A stretch of 64,000 nt of DNA, from NCBI GenBank assembly GCA_036400075.1, contig DASWLV010000225.1, positions 500 through 64,499 on the forward strand. Reading direction: 5' to 3'. Position numbers and translations under genes: made by a program. Source of the DNA: Pyrinomonadaceae bacterium (GTDB taxonomy: Bacteria > Acidobacteriota > Blastocatellia > Pyrinomonadales > Pyrinomonadaceae). The stretch's first letter is position 1; each line of letters opens with the position of its first letter. A model generated the notes under the pieces. That model ran no database searches, was not told the origin of the DNA, and saw only the letters and a list, made by a program, of their open reading frames with translations. Shown here piece after piece: positions 54,886-64,000 of this stretch.

Positions 54886-55005
54886 CTATTCGTCTCAAAA
54901 GTGCTTAACCAAAACGCAGCTTGTCTCAAAACTTAGTCTCAAAAGTGGCTTTTGACACAAAGCTCAAACTTCTGTTTGTTGTGCTAATTTGTCCGATTGT
55001 GATTT

Positions 55006-55509
55006 TCATTGATTTTTTTTGGTTTTATTTTCGACTGAGAGCAGTTCGGTTGAATTTTCCGTAACGCTCTGAACAGGCTCGAAAGGTTTTTCTTCAAGAA
55101 GTTTGCCCGTATCTTTTTTATCGGTTAATTCGCTAGTCATCGCGGGATTTATTTGAGCTTTTCTTTCTTTGGCAAACTGGAAGTAAGATGCACAAAGTAT
55201 TATCCAAACCGTGGAAACGGTAATGACAATCAGTGAAATTCCAAACGAAACATTATTGTCCTTCAAAATTACCTTAAAGAAAATGCCGGATATAATAAAA
55301 ATAACGCCGATTAACAAACCCAATCCAAACCGGCTGAGGACAAAATTTTTAAAGTTTTCAATTGAGCTTTCTTTCTTCGATAACTTTGCATTCTGTACTG
55401 TCGTTAATTGCAGCAAAAGTGATTCGGCTATGACTCCCAGATATATTCCGCACGAACGACAAAACTTTTGTTCGGTTGAATTATTTGTGGCGCAATTTGG
55501 ACAAAACAT
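55006..55509 (-). CDS. Zinc-ribbon domain membrane protein
   Basis: MFCPNCATNNSTEQKFCRSCG (CxxC-x12-CxxC) is followed by two or three TM segments. It lies inside the mobile element. Confidence 0.55.
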   Translation of the reverse strand: MFCPNCATNNSTEQKFCRSCGIYLGVIAESLLLQLTTVQNAKLSKKESSIENFKNFVLSRFGLGLLIGVIFIISGIFFKVILKDNNVSFGISLIVITVSTVWIILCASYFQFAKERKAQINPAMTSELTDKKDTGKLLEEKPFEPVQSVTENSTELLSVENKTKKNQ

Positions 55510-55760
55510 AAATTCTCCTTTTCAGCGGTCTGATTTCTCCGCTTCGGTTCTCTTCATCTTATACGGACATCAGTTGAATTAATTTAACGGAACTTGTAAA
55601 TAATTATTTTCCGATTGTTTACCATAAATTCGCCGGACAAAAGCCGAATTGTAACCAAACCAATAAACTCTTTCATTTCGTCTCAAAAAGGGTCGTTTTT
55701 GAGACACATCTTAGTATAGAACCACAAGATTAGGACACTACCTTTTGTCAATAAAATGAG

Positions 55761-55790
55761 AAAGGCGAGTTCTGATTCGAACTCGCCTTT
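55761..55790 (-). terminator. Hairpin terminator after the PilZ-like gene
   Basis: aaaggcgagtt (55761-55771) pairs with aactcgccttt (55780-55790). T-rich sequence lies on both sides. Confidence 0.65.
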
Positions 55791-55832
55791 AATTTTTCCC
55801 CGGCTCGTTAATTATGAGAATTATTGCTGTTA

Positions 55833-56240
55833 TTAATTAACCCACTCTTCTTCGTAATCCACGCGCCAGTGACGATTTACCCATTCTTGAGCTGCGGTTA
55901 CAACTTTCTCTCGCCAATCCTTGATTCGGTTGACGACGGAAAATGCAGCCATCGGTTTACCCGGATCGCGTTCGACGCGGATAACTTCGACCGGAACTTC
56001 AATAATCAATTCGCCTTCATCCATAATCCGCAAACTGACTTCGCTGCCGACGGGCGGCAGATTGGTCATATTTACCAAAGTGCTGGTTTCGCCGACATTT
56101 TCGGTCGTTCCTTCTACCGAAACTGATTTGCCGGTCTGCTTATCAACCCAAGTCGCCTGCACCTGCATATGCGCCATAATACGTGGACTCACTATGGGTC
56201 TTCCACCTAAACTCGAATTTGTTAATTGCGTTGCCATCAA
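55833..56240 (-). CDS. Small PilZ-like beta-barrel domain protein
   Basis: VQATWVDKQTGKSVSVEGTTENVGETSTLVNM...GSEVSLRI resembles a PilZ barrel (D/NxSxxG-like NVGETS). A canonical RxxxR is not evident. Confidence 0.4.
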   Translation of the reverse strand: MMATQLTNSSLGGRPIVSPRIMAHMQVQATWVDKQTGKSVSVEGTTENVGETSTLVNMTNLPPVGSEVSLRIMDEGELIIEVPVEVIRVERDPGKPMAAFSVVNRIKDWREKVVTAAQEWVNRHWRVDYEEEWVN

Positions 56241-56726
56241 ACGTTGCCTCCTTTCGCAGTATAGTTGCCAGATTCAAAAAAATAGATGCTTCAAAATTTC
56301 AGAAAAATCAAAAATTTCCACATCTCTCGTAATTATGCCAAACCGCTCAAACCGCTTGCGCCAACTGTTTTATTATAAACCATAAAAATCAAGCAAAATA
56401 AAATTAAATTGGCAAAAAACGGAAAAGCCGTTTATCGAAAACGCACCGCTTGTGCGAAAACGAACAAGGGGAAGATATGCTCGAAAAGCTAAATAGTCAA
56501 CCCCTTTCTGCAATCTTCCCGGTTTTTCTACGCAAAAACCGCCGCAAAAGTTCGAACGCTTATTGATTTCCCATATGTGAGACAAAAGTTAAACCGCGCA
56601 AACGAAGATTAAAACAACAGGGCGTTCTGAAAAAGATGAGAATCAGCACCGGATGTAGAAAAATTTACTCGATTGCGCTAAACTCGCCGCCTGACATTTT
56701 TGGAAATTTGCTCGGCGAGGATAAAA

Positions 56727-59213
56727 ATGCGAAAAATTTGGTTCGGATTGGCATCGGCTCTTTTGGTTATCTCTCTTTTTTCTCTCCAATTCTTAAGCAC
56801 GGCTCAGCAGGCAGCGAATCAAGCCGCAAATGAAAAGCTCGCGGGCTTTGATTTAAAAAACGATAAATTCGGTTTGATATGGACGAAAACCGCCGTCCGG
56901 CAAACAGATAATAACGGCGGTTCCTGGCGTCAAATCACGCCGCCGAAGTCCGTTGAACAAATCGTTAGCTCCGTTTTTTTCTCTAACGAACAACACGGCG
57001 CGGTAATTTTAGCGGATACGAAAATCTCCGCTCTCGAACTGGCGCAAACCACAAACGGCGGTGAAAGCTGGACAAAACAAAATTTGAGCTTGCCGCAGGA
57101 AATTGTCGGTGAAGCCAATTTAACCGAAATTCCACTGGAATTTACCGACGCGCAAAACGGTTTATTGATTCTGCGTTTGCCGTCGAATTCAAATTTCACG
57201 CGCGCCGCTGTTTTTTCGACCGCAGACGGCGGAAACGTCTGGCGTTTGGAACAAAACATTATGGAATCGGGCGAATTTCAGCTTCGCTCGCTTTTAGCAT
57301 CGGTTCACTCGGAAAAACAAAAGGCAATCGCCGAAATCAATGGCAAAGAATTTCAGTTTTTAAGCGACGCGGTTAATCAAATTTCGTTTCAAGCGCCGTT
57401 GGCGGGGGATGAAAACATCACAAACGTTGATTTTGCATCGGCAGAGACGGGCTGGATTTTGGCGGAAGCGGGGCGCTGCCAAAATTTTAAATCAAATTGC
57501 GAGCAGCAGGCGAGACTTCTTTCAACCGCCGACGGCGGCAAAACCTGGCGCGACATAACGCCCGAATCGGCGAAAGAAGAAATCAAAATTCCGAATTCGA
57601 ATCAAAATCTATCCGCGCCGGTCGGTTCGACTCGGATTAGTATGAATCGCGGTTTCGACAAATGCACTGCCGCAACGGTCGCGCAAATGCAAACCTGGTG
57701 GAATAACAGCCCGTTTTACGATTCGAATATTTACATTTCCGGCAGAAATCGTGGCTGCTCTCAACCGCAGCTTTCCGCCGCCTGGGTCAATCAAGTTTCT
57801 GCAATGGGCTGGGGATTGATTCCGACAATTGTCGGTTATCAAGCGCCTTGCTCGGTTTGCGCAAACTGCGCCAAACACAGCACAGACCCGGCAACCGCCG
57901 AAACGCAAGGTCGCGGCGAAGCCGATATTGCCGTCACAGACGCCAATAATCTAGGGCTAACGCAAGGTTCGGTACTTTATTACGATATGGAACGCTATGA
58001 CGAAACGAGCGGCACGCCGGGTTGCCGGGCGTCGGTCAATGCGTTTCTCAAAGGCTGGACTGACCGCGTTAAAGAAGGCGGCTACATTTCGGGAGTTTAC
58101 GGTTCGCCGACCAACGCGGTTAACGATTGGATAAATATTCCCGCCGCAAGCCGGATGGACGCGATTTGGATGGCTCGCTGGGACAACATTCAATCGGTTT
58201 GGTTTTATGCCTCGCCTTCGCCTCCGATTCCGGCAAATTTCTGGTCGAATCATCAGCGAATCAAACAGTTTCAAGCTCCGCACGATGAAACCTGGGGCGG
58301 CGTGACTTTTAACATTGACGGAAACATCGCGGACGGTCCGGTCGCCGGAGTGCGCGCGAAAAACAAACCGGCGGATTTTGACGGCGACGGTAAAACAGAT
58401 GTTTCCGTGTATCGTCCCGAAGGCGGTTTCTGGTTTGTTCAAAACAGCCGAAACAATACATTCGGCGCGGTAAATTTCGGCATCGCTTCGGACATCATCG
58501 CGCCCGGCGATTATAACGGCGACGGCAAAACAGATTACGCCGTTTTCCGACCGGAACAAGGGACTTGGTATTCGTATTCATACGACCCGGCGCGCCCGAA
58601 CGCGGCTGTTTTCCGTGTTCGACAATTCGGCGTTAACGGCGATGTTCCCGTTGCGGCTGATTATGACGGCGACGGAAACACAGACATCGCGGTTTTTCGA
58701 CAGGGCGCCTGGTATATTACGCCGAGCTTTGATTTCCGCGATCCGAATTTTCGTTCGGAATTGTTCGGCACGAGCGGCGACATTCCCGTTCCCGGAGACT
58801 ATGACGGCGACGGGCGAGCCGACATTGCCGTCTTTCGCCCGTCGAACGGAACCTGGTATGTGCAGCGTTCGATCGCCGGATTTTTCGCGGTAAATTTCGG
58901 CACAGCGACGGACAAACCCGTTCAAGGCGATTACGACGGCGATGGAAAAACCGATGTCGCAGTTTATCGCCCTTCAAACGGCGCCTGGTATTGGCTCAAC
59001 GCAAACGGCGAATTTAACGCCTTTAATTGGGGAACGGGGAACGATAAACCCGCTGCGGGAGATTTTGACGGCGACGGCAAATGGGACTTTGCCGTTTTTC
59101 GACCGGAAAACGGTTTTTGGTACGCAATGCAAAGCCAAGCCGGATTTATGGCGGTGAATTTCGGTGCGGCGGGCGACCGTCCCGCACCTGCCGGATATGT
59201 TCCGCAAAATTGA
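56727..59213 (+). CDS. Large secreted multidomain protein: BNR/Ycf48-like repeats, a DUF1906 (glycoside-hydrolase-like) domain and 8 FG-GAP/VCBS-like repeats
   Basis: It has a signal peptide. GG.W motifs are DNNGGSWRQI, TNGGESWTK, ADGGNVWRL and ADGGKTWRDI. The middle reads GFDKCTAATVAQMQTWW. The C-terminus repeats DFDGDGKTDVSVYRP..G.W. Confidence 0.75.
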   Translation: MRKIWFGLASALLVISLFSLQFLSTAQQAANQAANEKLAGFDLKNDKFGLIWTKTAVRQTDNNGGSWRQITPPKSVEQIVSSVFFSNEQHGAVILADTKISALELAQTTNGGESWTKQNLSLPQEIVGEANLTEIPLEFTDAQNGLLILRLPSNSNFTRAAVFSTADGGNVWRLEQNIMESGEFQLRSLLASVHSEKQKAIAEINGKEFQFLSDAVNQISFQAPLAGDENITNVDFASAETGWILAEAGRCQNFKSNCEQQARLLSTADGGKTWRDITPESAKEEIKIPNSNQNLSAPVGSTRISMNRGFDKCTAATVAQMQTWWNNSPFYDSNIYISGRNRGCSQPQLSAAWVNQVSAMGWGLIPTIVGYQAPCSVCANCAKHSTDPATAETQGRGEADIAVTDANNLGLTQGSVLYYDMERYDETSGTPGCRASVNAFLKGWTDRVKEGGYISGVYGSPTNAVNDWINIPAASRMDAIWMARWDNIQSVWFYASPSPPIPANFWSNHQRIKQFQAPHDETWGGVTFNIDGNIADGPVAGVRAKNKPADFDGDGKTDVSVYRPEGGFWFVQNSRNNTFGAVNFGIASDIIAPGDYNGDGKTDYAVFRPEQGTWYSYSYDPARPNAAVFRVRQFGVNGDVPVAADYDGDGNTDIAVFRQGAWYITPSFDFRDPNFRSELFGTSGDIPVPGDYDGDGRADIAVFRPSNGTWYVQRSIAGFFAVNFGTATDKPVQGDYDGDGKTDVAVYRPSNGAWYWLNANGEFNAFNWGTGNDKPAAGDFDGDGKWDFAVFRPENGFWYAMQSQAGFMAVNFGAAGDRPAPAGYVPQN

Positions 59214-59273
59214 CAAGCCTGATTTTATCGTTAAGATAATTCGGCATTATTGATTTGAAACAGGAGAAAAGAG

Positions 59274-59582
59274 ATGTATCCACAACAACAGAATTATGGC
59301 GGTTCGCCCGATTACTGGAAATCGCAGGGCGCTGATAAAAAAGTCGCCGCCGGAATTTTGGGAATTTTGCTCGGCTGGCTCGGCATTCACAAGTTTTATT
59401 TGGGTTACACGCAGGAAGGCGTGATAATGCTGGTCGTTTCGCTGATAGTCGGATTTGTAACTTGCGGCATCGGCATTATCGCGATGCAAATTGTCGGAAT
59501 CATCGAAGGAGTAATGTATTTGACAAAACCGGATGAGGAGTTTGTCCGCACATATATTCAAGGCAAAAAAGGATGGTTTTAA
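59274..59582 (+). CDS. TM2 domain-containing membrane protein
   Basis: KKVAAGILGILLGWLGIHKFYLGYTQEG is present. Confidence 0.8.
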   Translation: MYPQQQNYGGSPDYWKSQGADKKVAAGILGILLGWLGIHKFYLGYTQEGVIMLVVSLIVGFVTCGIGIIAMQIVGIIEGVMYLTKPDEEFVRTYIQGKKGWF

Positions 59583-59619
59583 GGAAAAAGGCTAAGAAAT
59601 TGTCTTAGCCTTTTTCCTC
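59582..59619. terminator. Bidirectional hairpin terminator between the TM2 gene and phoD
   Basis: aggaaaaaggctaaga aatt gtcttagcctttttcct. Confidence 0.75.
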
Positions 59620-59622
59620 TAT

Positions 59623-60993
59623 TTATTGTTTCGGAAATTTAAGCTCCGACGCCTGAATTTCGTGTTTCCATAATTCCTTGCCTGTTAAATCAACCGCGCT
59701 CATCGTCAATCGGCGCTCTTTTGCCGGTCCGGTTACTTCGATCATTCCAAAATTCTTCGTTCCCTTAACCAAAGTTCCGGCGACGCGATCCGGGTTGTTT
59801 TCTTCGTTTTTATGAGGATTTGAGTTTCCGGCGGTTAAAGGGCTGGACGTAAAATCGTAAAGCGGGTAACTTCCGACATCATTTATACGAATCAGCTCGG
59901 TGTAGTGACGATCACCCGAAAGAAAAACGACGCCTTCGACGCGGGCGTCGCGAATAAAATCGAGCAGACGACGATATTCGCCAGGAAATTGTTTGAACGA
60001 TTCAAACGGATTGAACTGATTGAGCATTTGACTGCCATTGACGACGATTTTAAATGTGGCTTTGCTCGAACGCAGACTTTCAGTCAGCCAGCGCATTTGC
60101 CGCTCGCCGAGCATCACTTTGTCGGGCGAATTGGGCATTTCGTTTGGCGAACGGTAAAAGCGGTCGTCGAGCAGGAAAAATTCAACATCCGCCCATTCAA
60201 AACGCCCGAAAACGCCGGGCGTTTCCGGTTCGCCGTAAGTCGCGTTCGCCCAATAATCTTTAAATACGCGCAGCGATTGTTCGCGCAAGCGGTAGGTTCG
60301 GTCGGAATCGTTCGGTCCATAATCGTGATCGTCCCAAATCGCGTAATTGTGAGTGGTGGCTAAAAGCTGCTGCAATTCCGGCAATTCGCGGTTTTGCCGG
60401 AAGCGGTAACGCATTGCCGTTTCCGTCAGCCAATCCGGCTCGCGGTAATAAACGTTATCGCCCAGCCAAATCATAAAATCCGGTTTTTTCGCGGCGATTG
60501 TGCGGAAAATTTCAAACCCGGAGCCGTAAGGCGTTCCCGGACGGTCAAACGGCGGGTCGTTAATATAAGCGCACGAGCCTAAAGCAAAGCGAAAAGCGGG
60601 CGGCTCGGTGCGCCAGCGCCAATGCGGCTGGGTTTGAAAAGTCGGTTGAAAATCAAACGTCACTCGCCGATTGTTCAGATAAACGTCGTAATCGTAACGC
60701 GCGCCAAATTCCAATTGCGACAGCGTAAAACGAGCGATAAAATCGGCTTCTTCGTTGGTTCTAACCGTTTTACTAAATTTTACGTTTTTCGTTTCGCCCT
60801 GTTTCCAATAGCGAATTTGCGCTTCTGCCGGTTGTTTTGTTTGCAGCCAAACGGCGGTTTCGGTCATCTCGCTATAACCGAGCATCGGACCCGAACGCAA
60901 AGGGTTGTTTTGTCGCGCAGTTTGCGCCGCCGAGGGCAGCATCAATACGGTTAAAATCAGAAAGATAAAACACGTTTTTCTCATCTTTTTCAT
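59623..60993 (-). CDS. phoD: Alkaline phosphatase D family protein
   Basis: It has a signal peptide, WLGDNVY, WDDHDYGPND and SGDRHYTEL. Confidence 0.85.
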   Translation of the reverse strand: MKKMRKTCFIFLILTVLMLPSAAQTARQNNPLRSGPMLGYSEMTETAVWLQTKQPAEAQIRYWKQGETKNVKFSKTVRTNEEADFIARFTLSQLEFGARYDYDVYLNNRRVTFDFQPTFQTQPHWRWRTEPPAFRFALGSCAYINDPPFDRPGTPYGSGFEIFRTIAAKKPDFMIWLGDNVYYREPDWLTETAMRYRFRQNRELPELQQLLATTHNYAIWDDHDYGPNDSDRTYRLREQSLRVFKDYWANATYGEPETPGVFGRFEWADVEFFLLDDRFYRSPNEMPNSPDKVMLGERQMRWLTESLRSSKATFKIVVNGSQMLNQFNPFESFKQFPGEYRRLLDFIRDARVEGVVFLSGDRHYTELIRINDVGSYPLYDFTSSPLTAGNSNPHKNEENNPDRVAGTLVKGTKNFGMIEVTGPAKERRLTMSAVDLTGKELWKHEIQASELKFPKQ

Positions 60994-61273
60994 TTTCTGT
61001 TTGAACGTTTTCTTAAAAGTTGCGTAAATAGATATTTACTGATAAATTTTAACAGAACTTCAAGCCATTTCAGGCAAGCGAAAATTATTTAACAGGTTGT
61101 TCATACAGTTGTAAGAAACTGGTAAGTTGCGGTTGATAAAAACGCTGTTGGCAATTATAAATCACAGCGCTGACTAACTCACAACTAAACTCAATACATA
61201 AATAGGGAAGCGCGCCGATTGTGCGCCAGACAGTTAAATAAACAACAGGTATTTTAATTAAAAGGACAAAATT

Positions 61274-64000
61274 ATGTCGAAATTTCTAATGCTAAATCTA
61301 ACACGCTTTTTAACGGTTGCAATCTTGTGCTTTGCCGCAAGTACAGCAGGCGTATTAGCGCAATCAACCGTCACGGGCGGTATTCGGGGAACGATTACAG
61401 ACCCGCAGAGCGCAGTTTTGCCGAACGTAGCCGTAACGGTTACGAATGCCGGAACAAATCAAACCCAGACTGTGACAACCGATGAAAACGGTGTATATGT
61501 CGCCAGCAACCTTCAACCCGGCACTTATACTATTAACATTACGCAAACGGGCTTTGCCCCTTTTACCGGAAACAATGTAATTGTCGAAGTCGGTCAAGTC
61601 ACGACCGTTAACATTCCGCTGACCGTCGGACAAGCGAGCGCAACCGTCGAAGTGACTGCGGAAGCTCCTGTTATCAATACCAATTCGCAGGACTTTGCGA
61701 CCAATATCAACGAGACTTCAATCCGTGATCTGCCGATTAACGGACGCCGCGCTTCCAACTTCGTGCTTTTAACGCCGGCGACTGTTCCCGACGGCAATTT
61801 CGGTTTGATTAGTTTTCGCGGCATTTCCGGTTTGCTCAACAACAGCACCGTAGATGGCGGCGATAATAATCAATCATTCCAATCGGAAGAACGCGGACGC
61901 ACACGCATCGGATATGTTGTCAGCCAGGCTGCGATTCGCGAGTTTCAAGTCAACACGTCGAATTATTCAGCCGAATACGGACGCTCGGCGGGCGGCGTGG
62001 TGAATACGGTCACAAAAAGCGGAACCAACCAATTTCGCGGGATGCTTTTTGAATACTACCGCAATAATAAATTCGGCGCGCGTAATCCCGCATCTTTCGT
62101 CCCGGCTATAGTAAATGGTTTCTCAAGTCAGGTAGGAATCAAAGCGGTAGATGTTCGACATCAATTCGGCGGCGCAATCGGTGGTCCGATTATTAAAAAC
62201 CGCCTGTTTTTCTTTTTCAGCTACGATCAGCAGAAACGCAATTTCCCAGGTATCGCAAGATTTTCCAGTCTCACTTATTTGAATACGGCAGATACTGCAT
62301 TATTGACAACTCCGCGTGGACAGCAGGTGCCTGGAAGACCGGCGGGAACTCTTGGAAGAGGACTCACCAGCGCTCAAGTCAATGAAACTTTGGGATTTTT
62401 AACTTCATTGACCGGTGAAACACCGCGCCGTGGCGATCAAACAACTATCCTGCCAAAAATTGACTGGCAGATTAACGACAAAAATCTGTTCAGCGCAACC
62501 TATAATCGTTTGCGTTGGGAATCTCCTGCCGGTTTGCAGACACAAGCTACCAATACATTGGGACGAAGAAGCTTTGGCGATGATTTCGTAGATGTTGATA
62601 CGCTGAATTTACGGCTGCAATCAACGATTTCCCCTAATTTGCTAAATGAGGCTCGTTTTCAATACGCTCGTGATAATGAATATGCACTGAGTCAGGAGCC
62701 GCTTCCGGGCGAGCCTGCGACCGCTACTACTTCTCAAGGTCAACGCTCTCCGCAGGTTGCTTTGACGAATGGATTAACATTCGGGACAACTTCTAATTTT
62801 GAGCGTCTTCGTTATCCTTTTGAAAGCCGCGTCCAATTTGCTGATACCGTTACCTGGATTTCAGGCAGACATACCTTTAAATTCGGAGGCGATATTAATC
62901 GAGTAACCGATGATATTCAAAATTTAAATTCCGAAGCCGGTCAATTCACATACGGCAACATCAATGATTTTATCGTTGATTACGTTAATTTCAAATCTCC
63001 TTTTACAGCAACAACATCATGTATTACTTCAACGCGGACGGCTGGCAGATGCTACACGAGCAATTATGTTCAAGGCGTGGGAATCCCCGGTTTGAAATTC
63101 AGCATGAACGAATACAGCTTCTTTTTGCAGGATGATTTTCGCATCACGCCGCGTTTGACAATAAATATGGGCTTGCGTTACGAGTATCAAAAACTGCCTG
63201 ACGCAATAATACCGAATGCCAGCACCGCTGTTATTCCGAGGGATGGCAGAACTCTCGCAGAAGCTACATCAACCTTGCCGAGCGATAAAAACAACTTTGG
63301 TCCGCGGGTTGGTTTCGCATACGATTTGACGGGTCAAGGCAGAACGTCGCTCCGCGCTGGATACGGTATTTATTACGGACGCTTCCTTGGCGGGCACGTT
63401 TGGAATAATTTGCTGAGAACCGGTAATCCGGCAGGACAGGGAACAGTAAATATCGCACCGGCATCTGGTCCTATCTTCCCAAATGTTCTGCCTAACAATA
63501 ATCAGACACTTGCGGCAGCTACAATTAATTTTTATCAGGAAAATTTTCAAGCCCCAATGATTCATCAGTACGACTTGGTTCTTGAACATGAAATTGCTAA
63601 AAATACCGCTGTTTCCGTTTCGTATATCGGAAGCACGGGACGGTATTTGCCGACATTTGTAGAACAGAATATTACGCCGACAGGCGGAAGCCGAACTTTC
63701 AATGTTTACGACGGAGATTTTAATGGACAATCTTTCACTTTGCCATTATATACTCGCGCTAATACGGCGCTTCCGTCACTGCTTCAATTTCAAAGCTCGG
63801 TGAAATCCCAATATCACGCTTTAGTTTTGCAAGGAAATCGCCGTTTTACAAACGGCTTACAATTCCAAGCCAGCTATACTTTAGCGAAATCAACGGATAC
63901 CGGACAAAACTCGCAAATTACGACCAGTATCTTTAATCAACCGTTAGACCTTTTCAATCCAAACCTTGAAGAGGGACCGAGTAATTTTGATATACGTCAT
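61274..64000 (+). CDS. TonB-dependent receptor with a carboxypeptidase-regulatory-like domain, 3'-truncated by the window end
   Basis: ATG 61274 opens a frame that stays open to 64000. It has a signal peptide, GGIRGTITDPQSAVLPNVAVTVTN...GVYVASNLQPGTYTI, plug-like STVDGGDNN and FQVNTSNYSAEYGRSAGGVVN. It is paralogous to the genes at 19666 and 42317. Confidence 0.85.
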   Translation, partial: MSKFLMLNLTRFLTVAILCFAASTAGVLAQSTVTGGIRGTITDPQSAVLPNVAVTVTNAGTNQTQTVTTDENGVYVASNLQPGTYTINITQTGFAPFTGNNVIVEVGQVTTVNIPLTVGQASATVEVTAEAPVINTNSQDFATNINETSIRDLPINGRRASNFVLLTPATVPDGNFGLISFRGISGLLNNSTVDGGDNNQSFQSEERGRTRIGYVVSQAAIREFQVNTSNYSAEYGRSAGGVVNTVTKSGTNQFRGMLFEYYRNNKFGARNPASFVPAIVNGFSSQVGIKAVDVRHQFGGAIGGPIIKNRLFFFFSYDQQKRNFPGIARFSSLTYLNTADTALLTTPRGQQVPGRPAGTLGRGLTSAQVNETLGFLTSLTGETPRRGDQTTILPKIDWQINDKNLFSATYNRLRWESPAGLQTQATNTLGRRSFGDDFVDVDTLNLRLQSTISPNLLNEARFQYARDNEYALSQEPLPGEPATATTSQGQRSPQVALTNGLTFGTTSNFERLRYPFESRVQFADTVTWISGRHTFKFGGDINRVTDDIQNLNSEAGQFTYGNINDFIVDYVNFKSPFTATTSCITSTRTAGRCYTSNYVQGVGIPGLKFSMNEYSFFLQDDFRITPRLTINMGLRYEYQKLPDAIIPNASTAVIPRDGRTLAEATSTLPSDKNNFGPRVGFAYDLTGQGRTSLRAGYGIYYGRFLGGHVWNNLLRTGNPAGQGTVNIAPASGPIFPNVLPNNNQTLAAATINFYQENFQAPMIHQYDLVLEHEIAKNTAVSVSYIGSTGRYLPTFVEQNITPTGGSRTFNVYDGDFNGQSFTLPLYTRANTALPSLLQFQSSVKSQYHALVLQGNRRFTNGLQFQASYTLAKSTDTGQNSQITTSIFNQPLDLFNPNLEEGPSNFDIRH

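Larger units (their letters stand above)
53771..55742. mobile_element. 1,972-bp transposase-less IS/transposon-like element with 11-bp TIRs, subterminal hairpins and an 8-bp TSD
   Basis: IRL is GGTAGTGTCCT at 53771-53781. IRR is AGGACACTACC at 55732-55742. TTTTGTCA flanks the element directly at 53763-53770 and 55743-55750. GTCTCAnAAA-N6-TTTTTGAGA hairpins lie at 53791-53816 and 55680-55705. The interior is visibly more AT-rich than the flanks. Confidence 0.6.

Overview
This window looks like the chromosomal replication-origin region of a bacterium, probably Acidobacteriota-like. That guess rests on three giant carboxypeptidase-regulatory-domain/TonB-dependent receptor genes and on secreted FG-GAP, TPR and BNR-type proteins. 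About 60 protein-coding genes are supportable. I found no rRNA, tRNA or CRISPR array. Core landmarks are dnaA-dnaN with dense DnaA-box clusters on both sides of dnaA (oriC), rlmN, acpS, pgeF, an icd-like dehydrogenase, ribA, pgsA, smc, ctaA, phoD, and dnaK-dnaJ-hspR with a HAIR-like operator. Unusual content: (1) a VapB/VapC-like pair whose PIN toxin carries an in-frame TGA at a probable Trp codon; (2) a NucA-type secreted nuclease with a NuiA-type inhibitor two genes away; (3) heptanucleotide tandem arrays that form inverted-array hairpins directly after the dnaK, dnaJ and DUF4388 genes, plus a perfect (GTTCGTC)x5 array inside the smc reading frame; (4) a 711-bp insertion into the 3' end of a 512-aa gene, bracketed by a 14/18-nt direct repeat and carrying one ORF, together with two related attC-like imperfect palindromes sitting just 3' of consecutive genes; (5) a 1,972-bp AT-rich element without a transposase, with 11-bp terminal inverted repeats, subterminal hairpins and a perfect 8-bp target-site duplication. 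All family names come from motif recognition by eye. No database search, covariance model or folding program was run, and start codons are best guesses.
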